From NCBI GenBank assembly GCA_022813965.1, contig JALDZS010000047.1:1-64000 (forward strand): 64,000 bases of DNA, written 5' to 3'. Below are positions 1-12,341 of this stretch, one piece after another. The translations under genes were made by a program, and so were the position numbers. This DNA is from Toensbergia leucococca. Its lineage: Eukaryota. Position 1 is the first letter of the stretch. Each line of letters opens with the position of its first letter. Under the pieces are notes generated by a model. The model was given only the letters and a program-made list of their open reading frames with translations, was not told the origin of the DNA and did not search any database.

Positions 1-882
1 CCCCTGCCCCCTCACCTCCCCCCACAAAAAAACCCCCCCCCCCCCCCCCCCCCCCCGGCCCACCCGTCCTCACAAATCCCCCATCTCAAGAAACCCCCGC
101 AAAATGCAAGCAAACCCACCCACCAAAAACAAACTCAAAAGCAAACTCAAAAGGCCACACAGCAAGAAAAAAGGCTGATCACGCCCAAAAAAAAAAAAAA
201 AGGACGAGCTTATCATCTACACATTCACCCCTTCACTTTTGAATTCATGGCTGTTTGGTTTTTCTTTTTGGTTTTCTACCCAACCACCCAAGACCCCTTC
301 CTCTTCCGAGCTGAAAACCCCGCTTTTCTTCTCTCTGACTCACGGCCTTCATCTTCCCCCTCCCTTTCTCACCCGCGGCATCCACACACACACACCCCCC
401 ACAAAAAGAATCTCAGATTCTCAAAGCTCTGACCTACTTTTCAATCTCTTTTTGAGGAAAGAGATGAAGGGTGTGGGGTTTTTTTAGAAGGGAAAAGTAT
501 ATAGCTAGATGATAATGATACACCTATGCTAGCTGGGAATGGGAGCTGGGGTCTGGGATGGGGAAGGGAGAGGGAGAGGGGGATATTTTTGTAGGGGGGA
601 AAATAATAGATCAAGGGATTCTGTAGTTTTTTTTAAGACGTAAAACAGATGATCTCTATATGTAGTGAGAAAAAAGGGGGGAAAGGAAAAAGGGAAAACT
701 TCTAACGGTAATGAGGGACAATCACAGTCGAAAATCAGATGCAGAATTTGCAGACATGTGCGTAACTCACATAAGCCAGATCAGATCAATACTCGTCAAA
801 CCCTCGGGCCCCCCAAAAACGCCTACCCGACACTCACCTCCCACCTCCACCCCTCACCAAAAAAAAAAGAAAAGTCCCCTAA

Positions 883-2613
883 TCAATCCATCCCCTCAAA
901 ACAAGCCTCCTCCCCCCCAGCAGCAGCACTCCCCCCCAGAAACCCAACACACATCCAACAATCCAACAAACCCCAAGGATCAAACCTCCGCTTCACACTC
1001 ACCAACCTCTCATAACCCACCCCCCAAAACGCCTCCCGCCAATCCCCCGTCCAAGCACTAGCCTCATTCCCATAAGTGCCCGACCCCGGCGCCAACTCCT
1101 CCCCCAACCGCGTAAGCTCCCCAGCCAGCGCCACAACCCGCCTTCTCTCCTCCTTGGTACTATTCCAAGCCCAAGCAAGCCCGCCACCAAGTTCCCAGAG
1201 CGAGGAGCGCCACGCCGGGTTCGCGGATGTGGAGCCGGCGAGATAGGGGTAGAGGAGCGGGGTGGTGACTGGGATATAAGGGGACATGCCGGCTTGGAGG
1301 GTTTGGTTGATGTAGGCCATGATTTGGGCTCGGCCCGTCGGGGTTTCGAAGAGGGTGGTGGGGATGAGTCGGGTTACGACGATGGTGGTTGCGCCGATGC
1401 CGACGCTGTTGGCGAGGATGTATTTTTGGTAGAAGGAGAGCCAGGAGAGGGTTTCGATTACGGCCGTTCCGTTCTGGCTTAACGCGTATGCTGAGATGGT
1501 CTTCATGGATTCTTCTGCTTCGGCAAGCGATAAGAGTGGGTTGACATAGATGGCTTTGTTGGGACCTAGATGGCCACCCCAACCTTGGTTTCCCCAAGCC
1601 ACGGAATTGTTGACGAGGATGTCGAGGAACGGGAGTGCGTTTGATGCCGTTTGGGAAAACTTGATCGAGGCCACGCTAAGACGAAGCTGCTTCTCCACCC
1701 GAGATGTACTTTCCGTGACCACGCCAAAAGTGCCGCCGCCTCCTCCCCGAAGAGCCCAGAAGAGATCCTGGTTCTGACATTCATTTACTGTTCGAAAAAT
1801 CCCATCTGGAGTAACGACTTTGAATTGGACGACGCGATCGACGCCGAGACCATACACTGGACTAAGTACGGAGTGGCCGCCGCCTTGTAGCCAGCCTCCA
1901 GAAGCGCCGACAGTACTGGCATATCCGCCGATAAATGTCACGTTCTGCTCGTCTGCATAGCTGAAGACCTCGTCGAAATTGATACCTGCGCCGACTGTGA
2001 TGGTATTGTAGACGGTGGCACTCGAGGTACAACCTTCAGGGACAAAGGCCGAGTCTCGTGAGAGATTTCTCAGGTTGCGAGTCCATAATGCCAACGATCC
2101 CTTTAGGCTACTTCGTCCGAGGAAATCATGGCCGCTGTTCTTGATCGATAATTTGACTCCGGTTATCTTTGAAAATTGAAATGCCTCGATGATGTCCTCT
2201 GGTTCCTGAATATCAATATAGTATGGCGATACGCTGCCTTGATAACATGTCTGATTGACGTATGCGAGAGGATCAAAAGAATTCTCATCATCCAGTAAGC
2301 ATTGATCCGTTGCATTTGAAGAGCAGATTTCATCTTGACTGTTCATAAAGCCACTATAGAACTCTGTCCGTAAAGTTGACGAGGTATAATTTTGCTGTAT
2401 CATGTCGCAAAAGTCGGCATCGCGTGGCACAACATGACCGTTGTAATTGGAAAAGCAGGGTAGTGCAAAGGGAGTGCCAACGTGCAGACGACCTTGAACT
2501 GACTGATTGAGGGTTGACCAAGGTTCTTGGTAGCAATTGGCACTAACAAAAAGAGTAGCAGCTTTCAAAAGAAAGAAGCTAATCTGAGAGTGCTGGTGCT
2601 TGTGAGAGAACAT
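883..2613 (-). CDS. Secreted FAD-linked oxidoreductase (berberine-bridge-enzyme-like / isoamyl alcohol oxidase family)
   Basis: Uninterrupted ORF with FAD_binding_4 motifs IKNSGHDFLGRS, GGWLQGGGHS, DLFWALRGGGGGTFGVVT and a C-terminal BBE motif (YGNE...FWG...RL..VKRRFDP). ATG at 2613 precedes a hydrophobic signal-like segment, with a TATA-like element near 2665. Confidence 0.9.
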   Translation of the reverse strand: MFSHKHQHSQISFFLLKAATLFVSANCYQEPWSTLNQSVQGRLHVGTPFALPCFSNYNGHVVPRDADFCDMIQQNYTSSTLRTEFYSGFMNSQDEICSSNATDQCLLDDENSFDPLAYVNQTCYQGSVSPYYIDIQEPEDIIEAFQFSKITGVKLSIKNSGHDFLGRSSLKGSLALWTRNLRNLSRDSAFVPEGCTSSATVYNTITVGAGINFDEVFSYADEQNVTFIGGYASTVGASGGWLQGGGHSVLSPVYGLGVDRVVQFKVVTPDGIFRTVNECQNQDLFWALRGGGGGTFGVVTESTSRVEKQLRLSVASIKFSQTASNALPFLDILVNNSVAWGNQGWGGHLGPNKAIYVNPLLSLAEAEESMKTISAYALSQNGTAVIETLSWLSFYQKYILANSVGIGATTIVVTRLIPTTLFETPTGRAQIMAYINQTLQAGMSPYIPVTTPLLYPYLAGSTSANPAWRSSLWELGGGLAWAWNSTKEERRRVVALAGELTRLGEELAPGSGTYGNEASAWTGDWREAFWGVGYERLVSVKRRFDPWGLLDCWMCVGFLGGSAAAGGEEACFEGMD

Positions 2614-3359
2614 TTCTATCAACGGAGATCAAATGTGATGAGATATGAAAGCTTTCCCAATCTATATAAGAGAAGGCAGGTACATCAAGTACTCACCGTT
2701 CACAATTTACACGACAAAATTGGTGGGTAAGACTTTGTCAGAGTGGTCATTCGAAACGATTCTCACTGGCCATTTTCGCGAAGGCGAACGCGAAAGCGTA
2801 AAACGCGAGCTCAAAAGAGCCATCGGTGACTGCTAAATGTGGAGAGAAGGCCTTGACGACTGAGGTTACTCTTTCCCCGCGTCTGACATTTGAATCAATG
2901 GTGATGTACTGACGTTTCTTTGAGCTACCCGATTGGATGTGAGGTATGAAGACCTGCAGCCAGTGATATTGAGAGGAAGCAGGCCATACCCTGTTCGGTT
3001 ACTCTGATCCAAAAACAGAAAAAGGTGAGAAATATCTCCGGTTAACTTTGAGGTACGATGATACTCGTACTCTCGATATGGAGTCAAGTGTCGCGAAATT
3101 GATTTCGATACCATAACAACATTAGCCCTAGATTATCGAGTTTTTATCCGAAGCCAAATCCAACCTGCAATAGAGGAATAGACAGAATGGTTATGGTGAG
3201 TTTCGTTGTGAGTATTCAGGAACGGGGGATCAACTTACCGCAAAGGAAGATTCAACTGGACGAGATTACCTAGTACGTGGGAATAGCAAATGGGATATTC
3301 GAGGAACACATTGCTGTTGAATACCCATAATCATATCATATACAAAAGCGAAGGAATAG

Positions 3360-5813
3360 CTAAGAATGCTTCAATCCTTCCAGCCAAACCACAAGTCTCT
3401 TCTTTATAATCACCTGTAAAGCCGTTAGCAATACACTTAACTAGTACCAACAATCGACTCACCCCGACCACTTTCCCCGATCCTTCCTCCACCACAATCA
3501 GATGTCGCAACCCAAGTTTCCCAAACATTTCCACCGCATACTCCATTGGTGCCTTTTCGCAAATGGTCAATGGTGTACGATCAACAAACATTGACAGATC
3601 AAATTCTCCTTCCTCGCCTTGACCTAGTAATCGCACTCGTGAAGTCTCTTCCCACATATGACCCAATCGACTCAGTCCGAAATCAAGCTCCCCTTCAGCG
3701 AGATAACCCTGCAACATGCCTTGTTGAACAAGCACAAGGCCAGCATCAAGCAAGCCCCTTCCCTTCAATTGATCAAGTTTCTCGCCGAGAACCAGGCGCG
3801 AAACTAGACCATCGCTGTGTACATCAACAGTGATTTCATTCATAGTCTGCTTAGGCGGTATCAGAACTTCAACGAGCGCATTTTCTTTTTGCACGATGCT
3901 CATAGAGTGATCCAAATCCAAGAAGGGATGTCCAAGTACAGTTTGTGCTAAATCATAAACCCCTTCTCTTTCAAGCGCATCCGCAACCCACTTCGCCACT
4001 AAGATGGCTATCATATGCGGAACGGTATATTCCAGTTCGCCGGTAAGCTCGAACATGATCACGCAGAGGGAAATGGTCATTCTAGAAACTCCAGCTAGAA
4101 AAGCTGCCGCGCCGACCATTGCAAAAATGCCAGGCGAAATCGTTGTAATCAACTGTCCAACCAGTCTGCCAAAGAACGCCCCAGCATCAAGGGCTGGAAT
4201 GATGATGCCTGACGGAACTTTGCAGCCGAAAGTAATTGTGGTGAGAACAAGCTTGACTAACGTGCCATATACAAGCCAACCAACGTATCTGGACCGATCA
4301 TCCTGTGCCTCCATTTGACATACCCAGGATTCACTCTGACTGCGGCAATCGACTAGAAGGTTCTTGATGATTTTATCACCAGGCTCTCTAGTCATCGGAT
4401 TCGGATATTGCAAGAGACCTGTGGCTAGGACCACCAGGAATACTTCGAACACTGGATAGTTCTTGATGATCGAGTACTTTCGGAAGCTTTTAGACCATAA
4501 GAAATTCGCTTTGCAAAAAGTGCCACCAAACAATCCTCCGGCAATTCCAAGGAGAACAAATACCAAATAATGAATTGGCTGGTATGATGTGCCGTAGTTG
4601 GTCTCAAAGAGAACCAATTTACCAGTCCCCGTAGGATTGAGAGCTCGGAGGACTACAGCTGCGAAAAGCGAGCAGAGAAAAGCTCTCCAGAGCACCTTTC
4701 GTGGAAAATAAGTGCTAATTTCCTTGAAGATGTTAGTAAAAGCTAGTTGAAGAAGACTTATGGCATACTTCATAACTGAACAGAACCCCGCCTATGGGTG
4801 CTCCGAAAGCGACAGACAACCCCGACGAGCAACCAGCACTTAGAAGTTCTCGCATCTTCCTACCATTGTCACGATACTTGGGGAGACACATACCAACCAG
4901 GTATGCCACACAGGTAGATATATGCACGAAAGGCCCTTCTTTGCCCAAGCACATGCCTGACGCAACTGCAAAGACAGCGCCAACTGCCTTAACAGCCAAT
5001 ACCTTAAAGTTCAAGAAGTGCGGTATTACGAAGCCAGAGAGGATGGTCTTGATCTCGGGAATACCAGAGCCAGCAGCCAGGTACATTGACTTTCCCACAA
5101 CGCCTTGCGGGCCACCCTTGGTCTCGCCATGTTGCTTATCACCGAGTCCTGGTGCGGCAGTAGGAAATGATGACTTGGTGAGCATTGTGACTGAAGAGCT
5201 GATGATACCAAATGCCAAGGCAAATCCAACGTATATGCCAAAAGTTCCCCAATATTCCGAGCTCCAAGCATGCCATGCCGTGCAATCTTCCCCTAGGTTT
5301 GCCTTGACGGCTAAAGGATGCCGGTCGGTACAGCAGGTTTCCCTGTTGGAGAATATGCTATTTTTGCAGTATCCGCGTTTCCAATCGCTCACGGTGGCTT
5401 CAGCAACATCGACACAAAAGGCTATGCAAGCTGTGAGAACACCTATCACGGCAGACGCTATCCAACCCTGGCACGATTCGAAAGCTGATATGAAGGCATT
5501 TCGGATGCCGGTCCGTGAATGAAGAGCACGATATCTGAAGGAGTCTTTGATCTGCATCGTGTCAATTCCTTTGATCAATTGAAGGGGTGTTGATTATTAC
5601 CAGGTCGTGTAGCCAATCGATAGTGGTATAGTCATTGTAAGGAAGTCGTTCTCCCACCGGAGTAGAAGAGAGAGCTTGTTCATCTTTACTCAGATGAGAT
5701 GACAATAGCGACTGGGCGTCTTCCTCATGCTGCACAACGCTCAAACGTCTGTCATGGGCGACATGAGGCAACAATTTGGAGCGCTCCGTGGCTTGCTCAA
5801 GATCTGGCGACAT
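3360..5813 (-). CDS. ClC-family voltage-gated chloride channel / Cl-/H+ antiporter (Gef1-like), 4 exons
   Basis: Signature motifs GSGIPE, GKEGP and VAFGAPIGGVLFS, plus C-terminal CBS-like region, spread over ORFs 5562-5813, 4733-5578 and 3331-4773. The last exon (VIIKKRLVVWLEGLKHS*) follows an intron ending near 3414. Confidence 0.92.
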
Positions 5814-6522
5814 GCCGTTGGGGAGAATTGAAGAGCATCAAAGCGAAGAGAAGAGAGCACCATGGTGGATGTGATTTTGGAAAAAGTCAATACCTTTGGC
5901 ATCAAGCAATGACATACATCTCCGTGGTGCTGCAGCTTATCGGAGGGGGGATGAGATAAGCGTGCATTGCCTCGAGGCATGGCTGATAAGACGCGAGGAG
6001 GTTCACTGGCGCCAAACCGAAGGGTGGCTCGGTGGGTTTAACGGTCCAATCACCTTTTGCTTCAATTTGGCGCTTTAATGCCACGTACAAAATACTTGGT
6101 TCAGACTGTAGTTGGGCAGAAGTGCAGGTGTTTCGTTCCTGGGACTAGCAACAATTGAATCCCGAGATTCATTAAATCGATGGACTGCAGACCCTGCATC
6201 TCGCATCTCGCCGCCGCGCACGAGACAACATGCCGAAGTCAACAAGCATCGAGATTTCTCTTTATTTTTGTGCGAAACAGGCTCAGGGTCTTTGTTGAAC
6301 AGAACTTCGTCGTCCCCGTCGTAAAGGTGTTCCGTCGCTTCCATTTCCATTCCTGTAGACTCGAATATATTCCATCAACATAAATTCACTTCTACGACTC
6401 CGCTTGCTAGCTTCTTTGCTCTCCCACAGTCGAAGAAGTTGGATCTGACTACCTTATTCTATCCGTAAAGTGCAAGCCTTCCACCTCCGACTTGGCCCTG
6501 GAACAATGACATCACTGGAACC

Positions 6523-7987
6523 ATGTCACCCCACGATATGACCAACGGAGCTTCCAAAGATCTTCGATGTATTCCCTTGTCCTACAGCTCCGCCGAGTCG
6601 GAAAGCTCTGCCCTGTCTCTTGTCCTGGCACTTTCCCCCAACTGGGAGCATACAGAGGGCAAGGTGGAATTCATCCGCTTCACTGATGGCATCACGAATA
6701 CGGTACACTTCCTTACCTTGGACAAACTGCAAAGCTGCCATCTCTCGAGATCAATACTAAACATTTCCGTCACTAGCTATTGAAAGCTGTGAAACAACGA
6801 CCAGGCTACACCGAGGAGCAAGTTGACAAAGAAGCTGTGCTCTTACGAGCGTACGGAAAGGGTACAGAGGTTCTCATCGATCGAGAAAGTTAGTCCATGT
6901 CATCCTCTGAACTCCACTCTAACGGACACGCCCTAATCCAGCTCTAGGAGAAACCACTTCTCACTCTCTACTTTCTCAACATAATCTTGCCCCTCCCCTA
7001 CTCGCTCGCTTCGCAAACGGTCTTTTGTACAGGTTCATACGGGGAAAAGTTTGCAATCCTGAAGATTTAACACGCGAGGCCGTCTGGCGAGGAGTGGCAC
7101 GGAGGTTGGGAGAATGGCACGCCGTCCTTCCAATCGTGACTACAAAAGAGAAAAGCCTAGTTGAGCATGGCGACAACAAGCCTACTCTTTCACGTTCACA
7201 ATCAAAGCCTATCACATCAATAGAAGAAATCAACGCCATCACCCCTGGGAAAGCAACTCCAAATTTATGGACTGTAATGCAAAAGTGGATATTCGCCCTT
7301 CCAAATAATAGCGAGGCCGAGAGGGAAAGGAAGAAAATCCTGCAAAAAGAGCTCGAAAGATCCGTGACCGAGCTAGGCTCAACTCCTGGTCTAGGTCAAG
7401 ACGGCGTACACTTTTCCATTTCCAAGTCCCCCATCCCAGGCCTCTGACTAACAAAATTCCACCAGCTCGTTTTCGGCCATTGCGACCTCCTCAGCGGCAA
7501 TGTGATCCTTCAACCCCAACAGCACACAAACGTCAAGACCTCCAAACCCTCTATCGAGGACGTTGCTTTTATCGACTATGAATACGCCACCCCCTCTCCC
7601 CCAGCCTTCGACATAGCCAACCATTTTGCTGAATGGGGTGGGTTCGCCTGCGACTATCATGCTCTCCCTACCCGCTCGCAACGCTTCGCCTTCCTTATAG
7701 AATACCTCTCAAGCTACACCTCTCACTCGAATCCCCAAATTTCCATCCCATCAGCCCACCAACTCTTCGCAGAAATCGACTCCTTCCGCGGCATCCCCGG
7801 CTTGTACTGGGGTATCTGGGCCCTAATCCAAGCCACCATCTCACAAATCGACTTTGACTACGCCGCCTACGCCGAAAAACGTCTGGGTGAATACTGGGCC
7901 TGGCGCGCTGAAACAGACTGCTCAAGAGCGAACGAGGGCAAAGAGATACCACTGCGGGAACGGAGATGGGCACAGGAAAGTGATTAG
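6523..7987 (+). CDS. Ethanolamine/choline kinase, multi-exon
   Basis: FTDGITN, VLLRAYG, HCDLLSGN (Brenner-like), FIDYEY and FDIANHFAEW motifs across spliced exons. Confidence 0.9.
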
Positions 7988-9304
7988 AAAACCAACTTTA
8001 GGTTTGTTAGGGTCTCAACACCCCTTTATCGACTTAGCGGGACAGCATTATGTCATGATTGATGAAACTACGGCTAGAATGGTGGGCGTTTCTTAAAAAG
8101 AATGGGTTCGGAGCGGAATAGAGCATATTCAATGGCGTCTCTCTTCCAATTTTTGGGGTTTTGGGCCGGGGGGGAAGGTGGGCTGAGGCTTCTGTCTTCA
8201 ACGACTATACCCTTACCAAGCCCCTATTGTGTACTTGCCTTGCCCCACATCTATTACTTTATCCCACCTTTTGCAAACTCAATCCCCCCTTTACAAAAAA
8301 AGTAAATCCACCTGTTTTTACTAAAAGCCACCCAGCTGCTGAAAGCGTGCCAGGTGCTATTAAAGTGGACCTGTTCTGTCTATCATTCCAGAGAACCACA
8401 AGTCCCCCCTTTTCTTTCTTTCTTTCTTTAAGGTCCCCCGATGTTCGTTACGCCCTGGGATCAGAGAGAATTGGAGATTTTTTGGGGAGGGCGAGGGGAT
8501 GGGTTTGTGGTGTGTGGGAAGGATGTTGTAGATTGGAAGAGCGTATCTTCATATTCTCTTAAAAGAAAGCGGGCCCCCTTTTTCAATTTTACGTAACCCC
8601 CCCCCTTTTGGGGGGGGGGGAAACAAAGAAGGAAGAATAAAGGTTGATTGATTTAAAGGGGCTAGGATTGTATTGGAGATTTAATCCTAGTAGATAGAGT
8701 ATCTAGATAGATGGAGATTTTCCCATTATGAAAACTGAGGGGGGGGGTTTTTTTGGCAGAGATTTTGGGTATTTAGCCAACCAAGTGGTCACAATCGTCC
8801 TTTCCTCTCTCTCCGTCTCTCTCTCTCCCCCGGGAAAATGAAAAGAAAAAAGAGAAAAAAAAGGAGGCTCGAGCCTCTTTCTCAGTAGGTAGCAAAAAGA
8901 AAGAAGAAAAAGAAAAGAAAAGTCATACTAGAAGTACTCCCCCCCCATTCCGGCTAACTTTTGCTTTTCAAAAAAGACGTCCATTTAATTGAAGCTTGTG
9001 TACCTAGGCAGCTAATCAAACCCCGAGATGCCAGAGCGCCAACATCAACCTCCTCCTTTTGGAGCAGCGCTAGAGAAGATGGAGAAGGGGAGGGGTGTCG
9101 TTATAGCAAAACGCCATGTTAAGAAAAGCCCAGTGTGATAAAAAATAGCAAAAGTGCAGCAGGCAAACAAGCCAGCAACGCTCATTCATCCGTTCGCACC
9201 GCCAGCCAACAAAACTTACCGCGGGAATCATTCATCCCATCAATCGCATTCTTACCGCTCTAATCGTCCAACCTTGAGATTTCAGATTAAAATTCCAGGC
9301 GTCT

Positions 9305-10400
9305 CTACATGTCCACCCTCTCCTCCAACCCCGTTTTCCCCTCCATCTTTCCAAGTCCCAATCCACCAACCCACCACCCTCCAGCTTTGACAATCTCCAT
9401 CAGCACTTCCAACTCTGCTTTTCCTCTCGGCGCATATACCATCACGAACCCGCTCGGCAGCAAGGTTTGACCGAACCAGCCAGCTCCAGCGAGGGGGTGG
9501 CGCTCGCCCCAGCCGGTGGCAATTACGAGGGCGGCGTCCGAGGGGTGGAGGGTGAGATGCATCTATTCGGGAGGAATGGTTAGAGGGAGTTTAAAGGGGC
9601 TCGAGTATACTCTATGAAGATGACGTGGTAGAGTTGGAGGATGTATTGAATGGGGTAACGGGGGCGTACAAGTGAACTTGGATGGGATGGATTATTAGGA
9701 GATAGGTAGCGGGGCTAGTAGGGTTAACTGGATGAGGATTGAGCCAAACCTAGTGGTGACAGTGGAAGTGAGATTATTAAAGAATAGAAGCAGCATCAAA
9801 ATTCGACAAGCCTGTCTAAGAGTTGAGACGACATACAGAAGAATCGATGGCATGCAAGTGACAAATTTCAGCCGTGTCACGACAGGTGTTGTTTAGATGA
9901 TGAGGAAGCGAGGAGAACAGGGCGAGACCATTTTTCTCAAAACAGGATGTCCCGGTACGGAGAAGAGCTGGGTACTTGGCAGCGAGAGAGTGAATGGCGT
10001 TACTAAAAGCACGATGCAGGTCGGGAGTAGCTTTTTGATCAGTTTGACGTTGGGGAACAATGCCGGCCACGGTAGGACGAGGACCAGATCGAGCAGGGAG
10101 TCGGGAGAGATAGCCTAATCGAGGATTTGCGGCTGGAGTCAATGGTGGAGGAACAAACGGATCCTTGATGGTAAGTAGGCGGAGGAAGTTGACCCTAAGA
10201 TAACCAGTAAAGGTACTTGGAGCACCGCCGGGGCCGAGGGAGAGCCAAGAATGGTAGTCATGGAGGATGAGACGGTAGGTCGGAAAGAGAATGGAGATGA
10301 TGAGGGTGGAGTAGAAGACCCAGTGAATGTTGGATGAGGTAGGCTGAGTAGAGAGAAGGCCTTTGAGAGGAAGGATTTGATGATCGGCAAGTGCTGCCAT
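9305..10400 (-). CDS. Fungal luciferase (Luz)-like / DUF5519 protein, 2 exons (10400-9837, 9562-9305)
   Basis: Intron GTATGT(9836)...TAG(9563) joins EICHLHAIDSS to MHLTLHPSDA...GWGERHPLAG...MVYAPR. An N-terminal hydrophobic segment is followed by DYHSWLSLGPGGAP. Confidence 0.82.
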
Positions 10401-12341
10401 GGTGAGAAGGATCTAAGGATTTAAAATGACAAGCAGAGTGGTACCTAGTTTCCATGGTCAATGGAATATTGGATGAGAGGCAGGGAATTTTGACGCTCTT
10501 AGCTTGGTTCAGAGTACTTTCTGTGTCTATTCCTAGGTTAGATGAACCTCAAAGATCGGGGTGGTACCTGAAACAAGTAGTCTACGATAAAGAGTAGCGG
10601 TGCTTCAAGCGAATGTTCACAGTGTGAGCAAGTAGAAGATACAAAGTATATGAGTGAGAAATAGAGAGGGTGAGAAAGTGGAAGCGGAAGCAGAAGTGAG
10701 AGAGATGGAGAGGATGAGATTGAAGAGTGAAGAGTGAAGGAAATATTCACTCTATTTGAAAGCTTGAATTGACGTCGGGTCGAGGGTGTTCAGTCAATGT
10801 ACCCGTGACATTTGGGCTGAAGCAAGCCTTAGAATAGTTGGGATGAATGTAAAACGGAAAGAGAATCCGGATACTAGTCGTGGGTAAGATCTGGGCGGGA
10901 GACACGATGGACTGCAGTGCAGCTTGAATATTGAAAAAGGTAAGACGATTCAGGACAGTGCAGGATTAGGGGAGTAGGGCGACTGAAACAAGGTAGGTAA
11001 GGAGGTAAGGTAGTGAATGCTACCAGCCGGATGAGCTTCCGATTTAGTTTGGCCATGCAGCATGACTACAGTGTGACCTTGGTGCTCTTGATACTGGCCC
11101 AGTAGTAGTGAGAAAGATCCATGTGGTCAGGAGGCAGCTCCTCACTACTCGTCCTCTCCGTCACGGGCTTGTCACGGCCTTCCTAATTGACCAATCACAG
11201 AGACTCCACTCCGGCTCTGGCTTGCAGTAGTCGCATGCAAATAGCTCTCCTGCAACTTGCATTGACACGGCAATACTCGGCAGCGATGCGTAGGGAGCCA
11301 CGATGGTTTGCCATGTACAGGAACATGCATGACTTGGCCATTCTTGTGGGGTCAAAAGGCTGATATGATATTGTCGGATTATGGTATTGTAGACCCTGAT
11401 GGTGATACATATCAAGACTCATGAAACCCTTGCATGGGATGATACACTCTCAAGTCACGTTCATTGAAGAAAGCCGTTCTGTGTCACATGAGATGATCCC
11501 TATTAGGCACGTGGCACTACCTTAGCTTACGAGTATTCTACCTTACGCAGCTCTTCTACTCCAGTACAGCCCACATTCCTAAACCTCGCAAGTCGGTCAC
11601 TCGAGGACCATGGTGCTTTATCATTACCTGTGCCTTTACCTGTGTCTGATTCCTGTCATCAATTGCACATCCGCGTCTTTTCTTTGATTTCAAGAGCCAT
11701 GTCTGGAACACGAAAACTTATCCGTACTTGGGGTTGCCACCGGCCCTCAATCAAAATTACAAAAAAAAAAAACAGAGACCTAGGCTAGCTTACGAGTTAC
11801 AGCTTTAACAGATCCCCTTCCTTTGTCCATCAATTGAAGAAAGAGAATTCCGAGACGCCATGCAGCCTCTATCAGTCCGATGGCTCATCGACAAATGAGA
11901 TTTTTCGGGCAGTGGTGGGTGGGTGGAGGGTGGCTCGTGCTTGAGCCCGAGAGCCCCACCTTCGGACCCCACCCTTCGCTTCTGATAATCGCCCCAGCAA
12001 CGCCAAGCCGCTAAAAAAGACCACCTCGGCCGAATGGTCAAGACGGTCATGCACATTATTGCTGAAGAGGCAAGTGCGAAGAGCTACGATAACACTCCAC
12101 GCTCAAGTGTAACTTCAATTGACCTTGAACCTCCTCTTCATTGTCACCAGTCTGGCTCTCCCACCTGTCGCACAATTCTTTCAAGAATCGCTCTGTATGT
12201 ACCTAGTATGACACGAGCACGTGTTAAGTGTTTGTTTACTGATGACGAAAATTTAGATTGACCCTTCAACCTTCAAACTACCTAGACGAATGGTTGCACC
12301 GAGGCAATTGGAAGAGGCTGCGTCTTTAGCTCTACCTAATA

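Noticed and set aside
4794..5522. Long antisense ORFs (also 15991-16713)
   Set aside because: Shadows of the real genes on the opposite strand.
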